Part shown: positions 41,784 to 52,178 of the stretch, one piece after another
Layout: each line of letters starts with the position of its first letter
Position numbering within the stretch: the stretch's first letter is position 1
Assembly (NCBI GenBank): GCA_040756035.1
Contig: JBFLZV010000004.1
Location: 7,463-71,462, forward strand
From: Pseudomonadota bacterium
Lineage (GTDB): Bacteria; Pseudomonadota; Gammaproteobacteria; SURF-13
Direction of reading: 5' to 3'
Length of the DNA stretch: 64,000 nucleotides
Notes under the pieces: generated by a model
Seen by the model: the letters and a program-made list of their open reading frames with translations, nothing else
Told to the model about the DNA's origin: nothing
Database searches by the model: none
Translations under genes and position numbers: made by a program

Positions 41784-43004
41784 TCATCCGCGCTTCTTTT
41801 CGGCGGGTGTGCCGGACGGGGCTGCCGCGGGTTTGTTGGGTTGTTCCGCCGTGCTGGTGGCCGGATTGGCCTCTGTTAATTTGCTTACCCCCACGCGCGT
41901 GCCGAACCACTTATGATTTTGCGGATCGACGCCGATGGAATAGACGAAGTCGTCGAGCAGGCCGTCTTTGCGGCTGTAATTCTTCCAGGTTTTGCCGTCG
42001 AAGCGGCTCACGCCTTTGTTGGTGCCCGCCCACAGTACGCCGTCCTTGTCCACGGCCAGCGAGAACACGAAGTTGCCCGCCAGGCCGTCGGCGGCGGTGT
42101 AGGTTTTCCATTGCTTGCCGTCGAAGCGCGACAGGCCGCTGCCCCAGGTGCCGAACCATTTGTTGTTGGCGTGATCGACGACGAGGGACATCACGTAATT
42201 GGGATTGCTGGCCAGGTTACTTTTCTGGGGATCGGCGTGATGGCTGGACGGCGCCGGAGTGTGCGGATTGCCGGGGATGGCTTCCTTGATGTCCGCGCCT
42301 AAGCCGTCTTTGTGCGTGTAGCTTTTCCAAGTTTTGCCGTCATAGCGCGTGACGCCGCCTTCGGTGCCGAACCAGTATACGCCGTCCTTATCGATGCCCA
42401 GTGCGTACACCCATTTGTCGGTCAAGCCTTCCGCCACGCGGTAGGTTTTGAAGGTGTTGTCATTGCTGTTGAATTGGCTGGCGCCTTTCCAGGTGGCGAC
42501 CCACATGGTGTTGTTTTTATCGAAGGCGACGTCGTATACCCACATGTCGCCGAGGCCCTGGCTTTCCTGATAGGGTTTCCAGTCGCGCGCCTTGTCCGCC
42601 GCGCCGTAGCCTTCCGGCGTGTAGTTGATCCAGTGTTTGCCGTCGAATTTGCTCAGGCCGCCGCCGTAGGTGCCGAACCACTTGGTGCCGTCCGGAGCGA
42701 TGGCGACCTTGTACACGCCGGGACTCATGATGCCGCCGTGCGTGTTTTGCACGGTGTAGAGTTCGTGATCTTTCACGGTGCGCAGGTCGTGACGGATCAC
42801 GCCGCCGTACAGGCCGAGCCATAGGTAATCACCCTCGAAGGCGATGCTCATGACCTTGGCGCGCGTCAGCACGTTTTCCCATTTGGGAGCGGCGGGCGCG
42901 GCCGCCGGCTTGACGGTCTGCTGTTCGGGCGCGGCGGACGCGCCGAGACTGACAGTGAATAATGTACAAAGCAAACCGTTTTGCAAGCGATGACGTACGC
43001 TCAT
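41784..43004 (-). CDS. Secreted stand-alone beta-propeller protein (two-component-regulator propeller repeats)
   Basis: Signal-like N-terminus; repeated GL..x.V.xLxxD.xG.xWFGT.GGxSxFDGK.W blades; no kinase or Y_Y_Y fusion. Confidence 0.8.
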   Translation of the reverse strand: MSVRHRLQNGLLCTLFTVSLGASAAPEQQTVKPAAAPAAPKWENVLTRAKVMSIAFEGDYLWLGLYGGVIRHDLRTVKDHELYTVQNTHGGIMSPGVYKVAIAPDGTKWFGTYGGGLSKFDGKHWINYTPEGYGAADKARDWKPYQESQGLGDMWVYDVAFDKNNTMWVATWKGASQFNSNDNTFKTYRVAEGLTDKWVYALGIDKDGVYWFGTEGGVTRYDGKTWKSYTHKDGLGADIKEAIPGNPHTPAPSSHHADPQKSNLASNPNYVMSLVVDHANNKWFGTWGSGLSRFDGKQWKTYTAADGLAGNFVFSLAVDKDGVLWAGTNKGVSRFDGKTWKNYSRKDGLLDDFVYSIGVDPQNHKWFGTRVGVSKLTEANPATSTAEQPNKPAAAPSGTPAEKKRG

Positions 43005-43224
43005 CAGCGAATTCCTCTGTCGAACGGGGATAGGGTTACGGTTGATGCCGAGGTGGTATGAACACGCTATATTAAGCTCAACGGTTCGGAATCATAGCAA
43101 AGTCGCGGAAACTTTCCCAGCCGTGAGGGGGCGAAAAGCGCGATTTATACCGAAATTTTGCCCGGGCTTGTGTTAAAATAATCCGGTTTTGGAAGGGTAT
43201 TTAGATGCGGTTTAAGCTGGGGTT

Positions 43225-43941
43225 ATGAAGGCCATTTTGGCGCGGTCGGCACAGCCGCCCGCGCATGACATTACGATGAGTTTCCCTTTAGTCGACCCCC
43301 CGGCCGCGCCTTGCGCCGCTTCTCCGTCCGTCTTGGAGGCGGTAGGGCTGGAGTGCATTCGCAGTGACCGCGTGCTGTTTACGGATTTGCATCTCGCCGT
43401 GCGCTCCGGTCAGCTTTTGCAAGTGGAGGGCCCGAACGGCGCCGGCAAGACCAGCTTGCTGCGCATTCTGTGCGGTTTGGCCGCGCCCACGCAGGGCGAG
43501 GTGCGCTGGCAAGGCCAGGCCATCCGCCGCGTATGGCAACAGTTCATGACGGATACGGCGTACATCGGACACCATCACGGCATCAAGGGCGATTTGACCC
43601 CGGCGGAGAATTTGCGCATCGCCCGCGCCTTGGGACGGCCCCAGCCTGATGTGACGATAGACGACGCCTTGTATCAGGTCGGCCTGGAGGATTTTAGCGA
43701 CGTGCCGGCGCGGATTCTGTCCGCCGGGCAAAAGCGCCGCGTGGCGCTGAGCCGCTTATTGGCCACGCAGGCGCGGCTTTGGATATTGGATGAACCACTG
43801 GCGGCTTTGGACGTCAAAGGGATAGGACTGGTAGAGGAGATGTTGTCCGAACATCTCCGACGCGGCGGGATGGCCGTAGTGACGACGCATCAACCGTTGG
43901 CGCTGGGACACGGTCAACTAACCCGCTTAAGTTTGGCTTGA
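43225..43941 (+). CDS. ccmA: Heme export ABC ATPase CcmA
   Basis: GPNGAGKTSLLR, LSAGQKRRVAL, WILDEP, TTHQ. Start could be 43276. Confidence 0.93.
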   Translation: MKAILARSAQPPAHDITMSFPLVDPPAAPCAASPSVLEAVGLECIRSDRVLFTDLHLAVRSGQLLQVEGPNGAGKTSLLRILCGLAAPTQGEVRWQGQAIRRVWQQFMTDTAYIGHHHGIKGDLTPAENLRIARALGRPQPDVTIDDALYQVGLEDFSDVPARILSAGQKRRVALSRLLATQARLWILDEPLAALDVKGIGLVEEMLSEHLRRGGMAVVTTHQPLALGHGQLTRLSLA

Positions 43942-43942
43942 C

Positions 43943-44626
43943 ATGGCTGACTCCGGTCTGATTAAAGTGTTTGGGATTCTGGTATGGCGCGACCTTCTGC
44001 TCGCGCTGCGCCGCCGCGCGCAAATCATGAATCCCCTGATGTTCTTCGTCATTGTCGTCACGCTGTTCCCCCTCGGCATCGGCCCCGAACCCAATCTGCT
44101 GCAAACCCTCGCCCCCGGTGTGATCTGGGTCGCTGCGTTGCTGGCGGCCATGCTCTCGCTGGAGAGCATTTTCCATTCCGATTTCGAAGACGGCTCGCTG
44201 GAGCAGTTGCTGCTTATTCCGCATCCGCTGTCGGTGACGGTGCTCGCCAAGGCGGCGGCGCATTGGTTGACCACCGGCTTACCGCTGTTGTTCTTGGCGC
44301 CGCTGCTGGCGGTGTTGCTGCACCTGCCGAATGAGGCGATCCGCGTGCTGGTGCTGTCGCTGGTCCTGGGCACGCCGGTGTTGAGCCTGATCGGCGCCAT
44401 CGGCGTGGCGCTCACCGTGGGCCTGCGCCGCGGCGGAGTGCTGCTGTCGCTGCTGGTGTTGCCCTTGTATATCCCGGTGCTGATTTTCGCCGCCGGGGCG
44501 GTCGATAATGCGGCGGGGGGGTTGCCGGTGACGGCGCATTTGTCCATATTAGGCGCCCTGTTGGCGTTCACCTTGAGTCTGTCGCCGTGGGCGGCGGCGG
44601 CGGCGTTACGAATCAGCGTGGAGTAA
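43943..44626 (+). CDS. ccmB: Heme exporter CcmB
   Basis: FHSDFEDGSLEQ, LVLPLYIPVLIF. Confidence 0.95.
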   Translation: MADSGLIKVFGILVWRDLLLALRRRAQIMNPLMFFVIVVTLFPLGIGPEPNLLQTLAPGVIWVAALLAAMLSLESIFHSDFEDGSLEQLLLIPHPLSVTVLAKAAAHWLTTGLPLLFLAPLLAVLLHLPNEAIRVLVLSLVLGTPVLSLIGAIGVALTVGLRRGGVLLSLLVLPLYIPVLIFAAGAVDNAAGGLPVTAHLSILGALLAFTLSLSPWAAAAALRISVE

Positions 44627-44628
44627 TT

Positions 44629-45408
44629 ATGTGGCTTTGGTTCCATAAACTCGGTTCGCCGAAATATTTTTGGACGATATCGGGACGTTTAATCCCCTGG
44701 CTGGGCGGAGTGACCGGCGTGCTGATGGCGGTCGGTTTATATTTGGGGTTGTTCGTCGCGCCACCCGACTATCAGCAGGGCGAATCGTACCGCATCATGT
44801 TCATTCACGTGCCGAGCGCGTGGAACTCGATGTTTATTTATTTGGTGATGGCGGTGTCCGCGGCCATCGGCCTGATCTGGAAAATGAAAGTGGCGGACAG
44901 CGTGGCCGCGGCCTCGGCGCCGATCGGCGCGTCATTCACGCTGGCCACGCTGGTCACCGGCTCGCTGTGGGGTAAGCCGATGTGGGGCACGTGGTGGGTG
45001 TGGGATGCGCGTCTCACCTCGGAACTGATACTGCTGTTTTTATACATGGGCTTCATGGCGCTGCAATCCACCATCGAAGACCGCCAAAAAGCCGCGCGCG
45101 CCAGCGCGGTGCTCGCCATCGTCGGCGCGGTGAACGTGCCCATCATCTACTACTCGGTGATCTGGTGGAACACGCTCCATCAGCCGCCGACGCTGAGCAT
45201 GGCCGGCACCGCGGCCATTGTGCCGAGCATGTTGATTCCGCTGCTGATCCTGGCGTTCGCCTTCAAATTCTTTTACGTTACCGTGTTGTTGATGCGCACG
45301 CGCTGCGAAGTGCTGGAGCGCGAACGCAACAGCGCCTGGGTGCAGGAACTGGCGCAGGAGGCGGATACCAATTTAACCCCCGCCTTGAGCAGGAGCCGAG
45401 CCGAATGA
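44629..45408 (+). CDS. ccmC: Heme exporter CcmC
   Basis: HVPSAW, WGKPMWGTWWVWDARLT, VIWWNTLHQ. Confidence 0.96.
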   Translation: MWLWFHKLGSPKYFWTISGRLIPWLGGVTGVLMAVGLYLGLFVAPPDYQQGESYRIMFIHVPSAWNSMFIYLVMAVSAAIGLIWKMKVADSVAAASAPIGASFTLATLVTGSLWGKPMWGTWWVWDARLTSELILLFLYMGFMALQSTIEDRQKAARASAVLAIVGAVNVPIIYYSVIWWNTLHQPPTLSMAGTAAIVPSMLIPLLILAFAFKFFYVTVLLMRTRCEVLERERNSAWVQELAQEADTNLTPALSRSRAE

Positions 45409-45572
45409 GTGAATTTTTTCACATGGGTGGTTACGCCTTTTACGTGTGGAGCGCCTACGCCGTGACGTTCGCCGTGTTGCTGGTCAACGTCATCGTGCCG
45501 TTGCGCGCCGAGCAGAAATTGTTACGCGAAATCGCGCGCAAGGCGGCGCGCGCCAAGAGGGATATGTTATGA
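45405..45572 (+). CDS. ccmD: Heme exporter CcmD
   Basis: [18 protein letters not shown], one TM, basic tail; overlaps both ccmC and ccmE. Confidence 0.92.
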   Translation: MSEFFHMGGYAFYVWSAYAVTFAVLLVNVIVPLRAEQKLLREIARKAARAKRDML

Positions 45573-46018
45573 AAGTGCGTCGACAACGTTTGATACTGGT
45601 GCTGCTGGTGCTGGGCGGTGTGTCCGTCGCCGCCGCGCTGGGCCTCAACGCCTTCCGCGATAATTTGGTGTTCTTTTTCAGTCCCACGCAAGTGCTGGAG
45701 GCGCAGGCGCCGAAGGACCGCGCGTTCCGTCTGGGCGGCTTGGTGGAGCAGGGCAGCATCAAGCGCGAGGACGACGGCTTGACCGTGCATTTCGCCGTGA
45801 CCGACACCGCCAAAACTATCCCGGTTACCTACAAGGGTATCTTGCCCGATTTGTTCCGCGAGGGCCAAGGCGTGGTGGCGCAAGGCCGGCTCAGCGACAC
45901 CGGCGTGTTCGTCGCCAGCGAAGTGCTCGCCAAGCACGATGAAAATTACATGCCGCCGGAGGTCGCCGACGCCGTGAAAAAGGGCCAGGCGATGAATGCG
46001 GCGTCGTTGAAGCAGTAG
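45569..46018 (+). CDS. ccmE: Heme chaperone CcmE
   Basis: [27 protein letters not shown]. Confidence 0.96.
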   Translation: MKVRRQRLILVLLVLGGVSVAAALGLNAFRDNLVFFFSPTQVLEAQAPKDRAFRLGGLVEQGSIKREDDGLTVHFAVTDTAKTIPVTYKGILPDLFREGQGVVAQGRLSDTGVFVASEVLAKHDENYMPPEVADAVKKGQAMNAASLKQ

Positions 46019-46028
46019 GGTGAAATGC

Positions 46029-46160
46029 CTCACGCAAAGGCGCAAAGACGCAGAGAGCGCAGATTTAAAATTCCCAGAAAGCCAGTAATGGCCGATTTAG
46101 TCCACGCATGGTTCATGATGCTTGAAACATTTTTATTGCGTCTTTGCGCCTTTGCGTGAG
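46029..46160. repeat. Perfect 24-bp inverted arms around an AT-rich core inside the ccm operon
   Basis: ctcacgcaaaggcgcaaagacgca (46029-46052) / tgcgtctttgcgcctttgcgtgag (46137-46160). Confidence 0.92.
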
Positions 46161-46215
46161 ATGAGTTTGTGTGGGATTACCATCTTGGCATGACCGTATT
46201 TTATGAGGTGAATAA

Positions 46216-48219
46216 ATGATTCCCGAACTTGGACACTTCGCGCTCATCATCGCCCTGTGCCTGGCGCTGTTGCAGACCATTTTGCCGCTGATCGGCGCGG
46301 CGCGCGGCATACCGGCGTGGATGGCTGTTGCGCGTCCCGCGGCGCGCGGTCAATTTATATTTCTAACGATCGCCGTGGCTTGTTTGATCTATGCGTTCGT
46401 CGTCAACGATTTTTCCGTGCTGTACGTGGCGAGCAATTCCAATTCCGCGCTGCCGGTGTCTTACCGCGTGGCGGCGCTGTGGGGCGCGCATGAGGGTTCG
46501 CTGCTGCTGTGGGCGTTTATCCTGGGCGTGTGGATGCTGGCGGTCACCTATTTCAGCCGCAGCTTGCCGCAGGAATTCGTGGCGCGCGTGCTGGGCGTGA
46601 TGGGCTTTATCAGCATCGGTTTTCTGCTGTTCATGCTGCTCACCTCCAATCCCTTCGAGCGCCTGTTTCCCGCCGCCGTGGAAGGCCGCGACTTGAATCC
46701 GCTGCTGCAAGACATCGGCCTGATCGCGCATCCGCCGATGCTGTACATGGGCTACGTGGGATTTTCCGTGGCGTTCAGCTTCGCCATTGCGGCGCTGCTC
46801 GGCGGGCACCTCGACGCCACTTGGGCGCGCTGGTCGCGGCCGTGGACCACAGTGGCGTGGGCATTCCTGACACTCGGCATCACGCTCGGCAGCTGGTGGG
46901 CTTATTATGAATTGGGCTGGGGCGGCTGGTGGTTCTGGGATCCGGTGGAAAACGCCTCGTTCATGCCGTGGGTGGTCGGCACCGCGCTGATCCATTCGCT
47001 GGCGGTGACGGAAAAACGCGGCAGCTTCAAAGTGTGGACGGTGCTGCTGGCCATTTTCGCTTTTTCGCTGAGCCTACTCGGCACCTTCCTGGTGCGCTCC
47101 GGCGTGCTCACCTCGGTGCACGCCTTTGCCACCGATCCGGAGCGCGGCGCCTTTATTCTGCTGTTCCTGGGCATCGTGGTGGGCGGTTCGCTGCTGCTGT
47201 ACGCTTGGCGCGCGCCGCGCGTGGGCATGGGTGGCAGTTTCGGTTTGGTGTCGCGCGAGTCCATGCTGCTCGGCAACAACGTACTGTTCGTGGTGGCGGC
47301 GTTCAGCATTCTGCTCGGCACGCTATACCCGCTGCTGCTCGACGCGCTGGGTCTCGGCAAAATCTCCGTGGGTCCGCCGTATTTCAACGCGGTGTTCGTG
47401 CCGCTCATGGTGCCGACGGTGTTTCTCATGGCGCTCGGTCCCATCGCGCGCTGGAAGGAGGCCAGCTTGCCGGAACTGGCGGTGCGTCTGCGCTGGGCGT
47501 TCGGCATCAGCGTGATCACCGCGTTGCTGCTGCCGGCGGTGCTGGGCCATTGGACCGTCATGACCAGCCTGGGTTTCTTCATGGGTTTGTGGATCATCAC
47601 CAGCGGCTTCCAGAGTTTATGGGAAAAAGCGGGGCGCAACGGCATCGCCAATCTCGGCGCCGGGCTGCGTAGTTTACCGCGCGGATTTTACGGCATGTTC
47701 CTGGCGCATCTCGGCGTCGCGGTGTTCGCGCTCGGCGTCACCGTGTCCGGTGCATTCAGCACCGAGAAGGAACTGCGCATGGATCCCGGCCAGAGCGTGG
47801 AACTCAGCGGTTATACGTTCCGCTTCGAGGGCGTCCGGGACGTGCAGGGGCCGAACTATCAAGCAGTGGAAGGCGCGGTGCGCGTGAGCAAGGGCGCGCG
47901 CGAAATCACCGTGCTGCATCCGCAAAAGCGTGTCTACCAAGTGCAGCGTAACCCGATGACCGAGGCGGCCATCGACGCGGGATTTTTCCGCCATCTGTAC
48001 GTGGCGCTGGGTCAGCCGGTGAGCGGCGGGGCGTGGAGTCTGCGCCTGTATTACAAGCCGTTGGTGCAGTGGATTTGGCTGGGCCCGCTATGCATGGTGT
48101 TGGGCGGCATTCTCGCGGCCAGCGACCGGCGTTACCGTTTACTGGCGCGCAAACAGGCATTGGCGGACGCGCCGGATTTGGGTGCAACCGGGTTCGCCGC
48201 CGCGGGGAAGGCAAGGTAA
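46216..48219 (+). CDS. ccmF: Cytochrome c heme lyase CcmF
   Basis: WGAHEGS, HPPMLYMGY, WAYYELGWGGWWFWDPVEN, SVHAFA. Confidence 0.97.
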   Translation: MIPELGHFALIIALCLALLQTILPLIGAARGIPAWMAVARPAARGQFIFLTIAVACLIYAFVVNDFSVLYVASNSNSALPVSYRVAALWGAHEGSLLLWAFILGVWMLAVTYFSRSLPQEFVARVLGVMGFISIGFLLFMLLTSNPFERLFPAAVEGRDLNPLLQDIGLIAHPPMLYMGYVGFSVAFSFAIAALLGGHLDATWARWSRPWTTVAWAFLTLGITLGSWWAYYELGWGGWWFWDPVENASFMPWVVGTALIHSLAVTEKRGSFKVWTVLLAIFAFSLSLLGTFLVRSGVLTSVHAFATDPERGAFILLFLGIVVGGSLLLYAWRAPRVGMGGSFGLVSRESMLLGNNVLFVVAAFSILLGTLYPLLLDALGLGKISVGPPYFNAVFVPLMVPTVFLMALGPIARWKEASLPELAVRLRWAFGISVITALLLPAVLGHWTVMTSLGFFMGLWIITSGFQSLWEKAGRNGIANLGAGLRSLPRGFYGMFLAHLGVAVFALGVTVSGAFSTEKELRMDPGQSVELSGYTFRFEGVRDVQGPNYQAVEGAVRVSKGAREITVLHPQKRVYQVQRNPMTEAAIDAGFFRHLYVALGQPVSGGAWSLRLYYKPLVQWIWLGPLCMVLGGILAASDRRYRLLARKQALADAPDLGATGFAAAGKAR

Positions 48220-48222
48220 GAC

Positions 48223-48747
48223 ATGATACGTTATCTGATACCGCTGGGAATATTCATCGTGCTGGTGGGATTCTTGGCTAGAGGGTTGATGCTGAATCCG
48301 CACGAGGTACCCTCGCCGCTGATCGGCAAGCCGGCGCCCGATTTCATGTTGCCGCAAGTGCAGGATGCCGCGCAGCAGTTGGGGCGCAAGGATTTGCTCG
48401 GCAAGGTCACGCTGCTGAACGTGTGGGCCTCGTGGTGCGTGGCGTGCCGCCAGGAACATCCGCTGTTGGTCGACTTGGCGCGCAGCGGCGCGGTGAATAT
48501 TTACGGGCTGAATTACAAAGACAAGCGCGAAGACGCGCAGCGCTGGCTGGCGCAGTTCGGCAATCCCTACGTCGCCAGCGCCTTCGACGAAAGCGGCAAG
48601 GTCGGTATCGACTACGGTGTGTACGGCGTGCCGGAAACCTACGTCATCGATCGCGCGGGCGTCATCCGCCACAAAGTGATCGGGCCGCTGACGCCGGAGA
48701 GCTTGGAGAAGGAAGTGTTGCCGCTGATTAGGAAATTGCAAGGATGA
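48223..48747 (+). CDS. ccmG: Thiol:disulfide oxidoreductase CcmG/DsbE
   Basis: PSPLIGKPAP, WASWCVAC, YGVPETY. Confidence 0.96.
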   Translation: MIRYLIPLGIFIVLVGFLARGLMLNPHEVPSPLIGKPAPDFMLPQVQDAAQQLGRKDLLGKVTLLNVWASWCVACRQEHPLLVDLARSGAVNIYGLNYKDKREDAQRWLAQFGNPYVASAFDESGKVGIDYGVYGVPETYVIDRAGVIRHKVIGPLTPESLEKEVLPLIRKLQG

Positions 48748-49220
48748 GGCGTTACCTATTACTGGCCGTCGCGTTGTGTTGGCTGCCCGCGGCGTGGGCC
48801 GCCGGACCCGAATCGGTGGATATGATCAGCGACAATCCCGCCATCGAGGCGCGCCTCAAGGCGCTGTCGCACGAGTTGCGCTGCCTGGTGTGCCAAAATC
48901 AAACGCTGTCCGATTCGCACGCCGACCTGGCGGTGGATTTGCGTAACGAGATCCGCGAACTCATGGCCAAGGGCATGACCGATCAGCAAGTCATCGATTA
49001 TCTGGTGGCGCGTTACGGCGACTTCGTGCTATTCCGCCCACCGGTCAAGGCGACGACCATTCCGCTGTGGTTCGCTCCGTTTATCTTGGCGGTGCTCGGC
49101 GCGGCGCTGCTGATTCTCTATCTTAGGCGCCTGCCCGCGCGCGTCAAAGACGTTCCGCTCTCGGACGCGGAACACAAGCGCTTGAACAAATTACTCGATC
49201 AAGCGAAAGAGGATACCTAA
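48744..49220 (+). CDS. ccmH: CcmH
   Basis: LRCLVCQNQ, YGDFVLFRP, C-terminal TM. Confidence 0.95.
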   Translation: MRRYLLLAVALCWLPAAWAAGPESVDMISDNPAIEARLKALSHELRCLVCQNQTLSDSHADLAVDLRNEIRELMAKGMTDQQVIDYLVARYGDFVLFRPPVKATTIPLWFAPFILAVLGAALLILYLRRLPARVKDVPLSDAEHKRLNKLLDQAKEDT

Positions 49221-49223
49221 ACC

Positions 49224-50081
49224 ATGTTATTTTGGATTTTGGCGGCCCTCATGCTCGCCGCCAGCCTGCTTATTGTGCTGCCCGCGCTGCTCGGGGAGCG
49301 CGCGCCGCAAACCATCGAGCGCAACAAATTGAACGCGGCGATTTACAAGGATCAGCTTGCCGAATTGGAGGCCGATCTCCGAAACGAAACACTGAGCCCC
49401 GCGCAGTTCGAACAAGCGCGTCATGATTTAGAGCGTAGCCTGCTCGCCGAGGTGACGGACGCCGCGCCCAAGAAGCCGGTGGTCACGACGGCGGTGGCGC
49501 GCAATACGGCCATCGCGGTGGGACTGGCGGTGCCGGTGCTGGCGATAGGTGTCTACTTGCAACTCGGCAAGAGTGACGCGGCGCTGTCGAATCAAACCGC
49601 GCAGGCCACCATGGCCGCCATGAACGGCCTGACGCCGGAGATGATGGCCGAGCGTTTGGCCGAGCGGCTCAAGACCAATCCGCAGGACGGCATGGGCTGG
49701 GCCATGCTGGGACGTTCCTACAGCGTGCTGGGGCGTTTCGCCGACGCCACCGACGCCTACGCCAAGGCGCTGCCGCTGCTCGGCGATGATCCGCAGTTGC
49801 TGGCCGATTACGCCGAGGTGCTGGCGCTCTCCAGCAGCGATCAACGGCTCGCCGGCAAGCCCACCGAGTACTTCGAGAAAGCGCTCAAGCTCGATCCGCA
49901 AAATCAAAAGGCGCTATGGCTGGCCGGCATGGCGGCGTTTCAGCAACAAGATTTCAAAAACGCCGGCGTTTACTGGAAACGTCTGGCCGCGCTGATGCCG
50001 CAAGATTCCGAGGACGCGCAAGTCATCAACCAGCGCATCGCCGATGCCGAGGCGCGCGCCGCGGGCGGCCTGACGCGCTGA
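49224..50081 (+). CDS. ccmI: CcmI/CycH (TPR-containing)
   Basis: N-terminal TM, IYKDQLAEL, GWAMLGRSY, TPR-like helices, KALWLAG. Confidence 0.9.
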   Translation: MLFWILAALMLAASLLIVLPALLGERAPQTIERNKLNAAIYKDQLAELEADLRNETLSPAQFEQARHDLERSLLAEVTDAAPKKPVVTTAVARNTAIAVGLAVPVLAIGVYLQLGKSDAALSNQTAQATMAAMNGLTPEMMAERLAERLKTNPQDGMGWAMLGRSYSVLGRFADATDAYAKALPLLGDDPQLLADYAEVLALSSSDQRLAGKPTEYFEKALKLDPQNQKALWLAGMAAFQQQDFKNAGVYWKRLAALMPQDSEDAQVINQRIADAEARAAGGLTR

Positions 50082-50091
50082 ACGGCGCAGC

Positions 50092-50222
50092 CTCACGCAA
50101 AGGCGCCAAGACGCAAAGACTATAAAATAAAAGCGAGAAAGAAAATTTGTAATTTGGGGCTTTATGGGAAATGTTTTTCCCGCTCATTAATTGATTTGGT
50201 GAATTTTGCGTCTTTGCGTGAG
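50092..50222. repeat. Paired inverted ACGCAAAG-type arms at the ccmI/yfgM junction
   Basis: ctcacgcaaaggcgccaagacgcaaag ... tttgcgtctttgcgtgag. Confidence 0.85.
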
Positions 50223-50240
50223 TTAATTTAAAGGAATTCC

Positions 50241-50897
50241 ATGGACGTTTACACAACCGAAAGCGAGCAGATCGAGCAGCTCAAAAAATGGTGGAAGGAA
50301 AACGGCAAGTCGGTCATCGCGGGCGTGGTGATCGGCGTAAGCGTTTTATTTGCCGCGTGGGCGTGGCGCGATCACACGCGCACGCAGGCGGAGGCGGCTT
50401 CCGCGGAATATCAGCTGCTCATCGGCGACGTGGAAAAGGGCGATGCACGCGCGGGCCTGGAGCGCGCCGCGCGCATTCGCAATCAATACGGTGATACACC
50501 CTACGCGGTGTTCGCCGCGCTGGCGATGGCGAAATTCGAATTGGAGCAGGGCAACGCGCAGGCCGCCGTCACGCATCTACAATGGGCGCTGAGCAACGCC
50601 GAGGAAGACAGCTTGCGTCACATCGCGCGGCTGCGTCTGGCCAGGGTGATGATCGATTCTGATCAAGCCGCGGCGGCGCTCAAACTGGTTTCCGACGTGC
50701 AGCCCGGCGGTTTCTTGTCCGCCTACGAAGAGGTGAAGGGTGACGCCTACATGAAAACCAATCAACCCGACGCGGCGCACGCGGCCTACACGCGCGCCTT
50801 GGCGGCGCTGGGCGAGGAGAGTGATCCGGAACAGCGTGAGTTGTTGCAGATGAAGTTGGATGATCTCGGCACGCCGAATGTAAAGGAAAATAAATAG
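50241..50897 (+). CDS. yfgM: YfgM ancillary SecYEG subunit (TPR)
   Basis: TESEQIEQLKKWWKENG, one TM, LRLARV, MKLDDL; upstream of bamB. Confidence 0.92.
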   Translation: MDVYTTESEQIEQLKKWWKENGKSVIAGVVIGVSVLFAAWAWRDHTRTQAEAASAEYQLLIGDVEKGDARAGLERAARIRNQYGDTPYAVFAALAMAKFELEQGNAQAAVTHLQWALSNAEEDSLRHIARLRLARVMIDSDQAAAALKLVSDVQPGGFLSAYEEVKGDAYMKTNQPDAAHAAYTRALAALGEESDPEQRELLQMKLDDLGTPNVKENK

Positions 50898-52066
50898 TGA
50901 ACAGGAGTTGGCAAGCCGGACTGGCGGCGCTGGCGCTACTCGGCATCGGCGGTTGCACCACGGTCAACGATTTTTTCGCCGGCAAGGATAACTCCGATCC
51001 GCCTGCGCCGCTGACGGCGCTGCAATCCGGCGTGGCCGTGCAAACGTTGTGGTCCGCGCGCGTCGGCGCCGGCAGCGACAAACAATATATCAAACTGTCG
51101 CCCATCGTAGTGGGCGGCAAGGCGTTCGCCGCCGACCGCAAGGGGCGCGTCAGCGCCTACGACGCCGCCGGCGGACAACAGTTGTGGAGCGCGGACACCA
51201 AGGCGCCCATCTCCGGCGGGCCGGGCAACGGCGAGGGTTTGGTGTTGGTCGGCACCAGCGAGGCCGAGGTGCTGGCGCTGGACGAGAACACCGGCAAGGA
51301 GGTATGGCGCGCGCGTGTTTCCAGCGAGGTGTTGTCCGCGCCGCGCGCCGCGCAAGGCCGCGTGGTGGTGCGCACCATCGACGGTAAACTGTTCGGCTTG
51401 AACGCCGCGGACGGCAAGCGCGTGTGGGTATACGAGCAAACGGTGCCGGCGCTCACGCTGCGCGCCACCAGCGCCCCGTTGTTGGCGGATGATAAAGTCA
51501 TCGGCGGTTTCGCCAGCAGCAAACTCGTCGCGCTGAGTTTGAGCGAAGGCAAGTTGCTGTGGGAAACCGCCGTCGCCGAGCCGCGCGGGCGCACCGAATT
51601 GGAACGCCTGGTCGATATCAGCGGCGAGCCGCAAGCGCAGGACGGCGTCGTGTACGTGGCGAGCTTCCAAGGGCGTATCGCGGCGGTGGAAATGGACAGC
51701 GGACGCCTGCTGTGGGCGCGCGACATGTCCTCGTATTCCGGCGTCGGCGTCGACGAGAGCATGGTGTATGTCACCGACGCTCAAAGTCACGTGCTGGCCC
51801 TGGATCGCCGCGACGGACGCACGCTCTGGAAGCAGGATAAACTGCACGCGCGCGGCGTCACCGCGCCCGCCGCTTACGGCGATTACGTTGTGGTCGGCGA
51901 TTTCGAAGGTTATCTGCACTGGCTGGCGCGCGACGACGGCAGCTTCGCGGCGCGCGTGCGCGTCGACGACGCCGGCATCATCGCCGCGCCCACCGTCAGT
52001 GACGATACGCTTTACGTGAGCGGCAAGGGCGGCGTATTGGCCGCTTTTAAGGCAGATACAAGATAA
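50897..52066 (+). CDS. bamB: Outer membrane assembly lipoprotein BamB
   Basis: Lipobox IGGC, PQQ-like propeller repeats, [20 protein letters not shown]. Confidence 0.94.
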   Translation: MNRSWQAGLAALALLGIGGCTTVNDFFAGKDNSDPPAPLTALQSGVAVQTLWSARVGAGSDKQYIKLSPIVVGGKAFAADRKGRVSAYDAAGGQQLWSADTKAPISGGPGNGEGLVLVGTSEAEVLALDENTGKEVWRARVSSEVLSAPRAAQGRVVVRTIDGKLFGLNAADGKRVWVYEQTVPALTLRATSAPLLADDKVIGGFASSKLVALSLSEGKLLWETAVAEPRGRTELERLVDISGEPQAQDGVVYVASFQGRIAAVEMDSGRLLWARDMSSYSGVGVDESMVYVTDAQSHVLALDRRDGRTLWKQDKLHARGVTAPAAYGDYVVVGDFEGYLHWLARDDGSFAARVRVDDAGIIAAPTVSDDTLYVSGKGGVLAAFKADTR

Positions 52067-52172
52067 AGGGGAAAGGGGAAAGGGAAAAGGGAAAAGACCT
52101 TACCTGCATTCCCCCTTTTCCCTTGTATCTTTTCCCTTTCCCCTTGTCTCCTGTACCTTTGCCCTTTTCTCT
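52054..52172. repeat. Inverted heptamer array between bamB and der
   Basis: agataca-agataaa-ggggaaa-ggggaaa-gggaaaa... (overlaps the bamB stop) versus ...ttttccc-ttgtatc-ttttt-ccctttc-cccttgt... Confidence 0.85.
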
Positions 52173-52178
52173 GATTCT

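Noticed and set aside
43005-43224. tRNA, sRNA or riboswitch in the larger intergenic gaps (also 12196-12362, 54406-54551, 57379-57486)
   Set aside because: No cloverleaf, T-loop GTTCRA context or recognisable riboswitch core found by eye. An Infernal/Rfam scan would be needed to exclude them.
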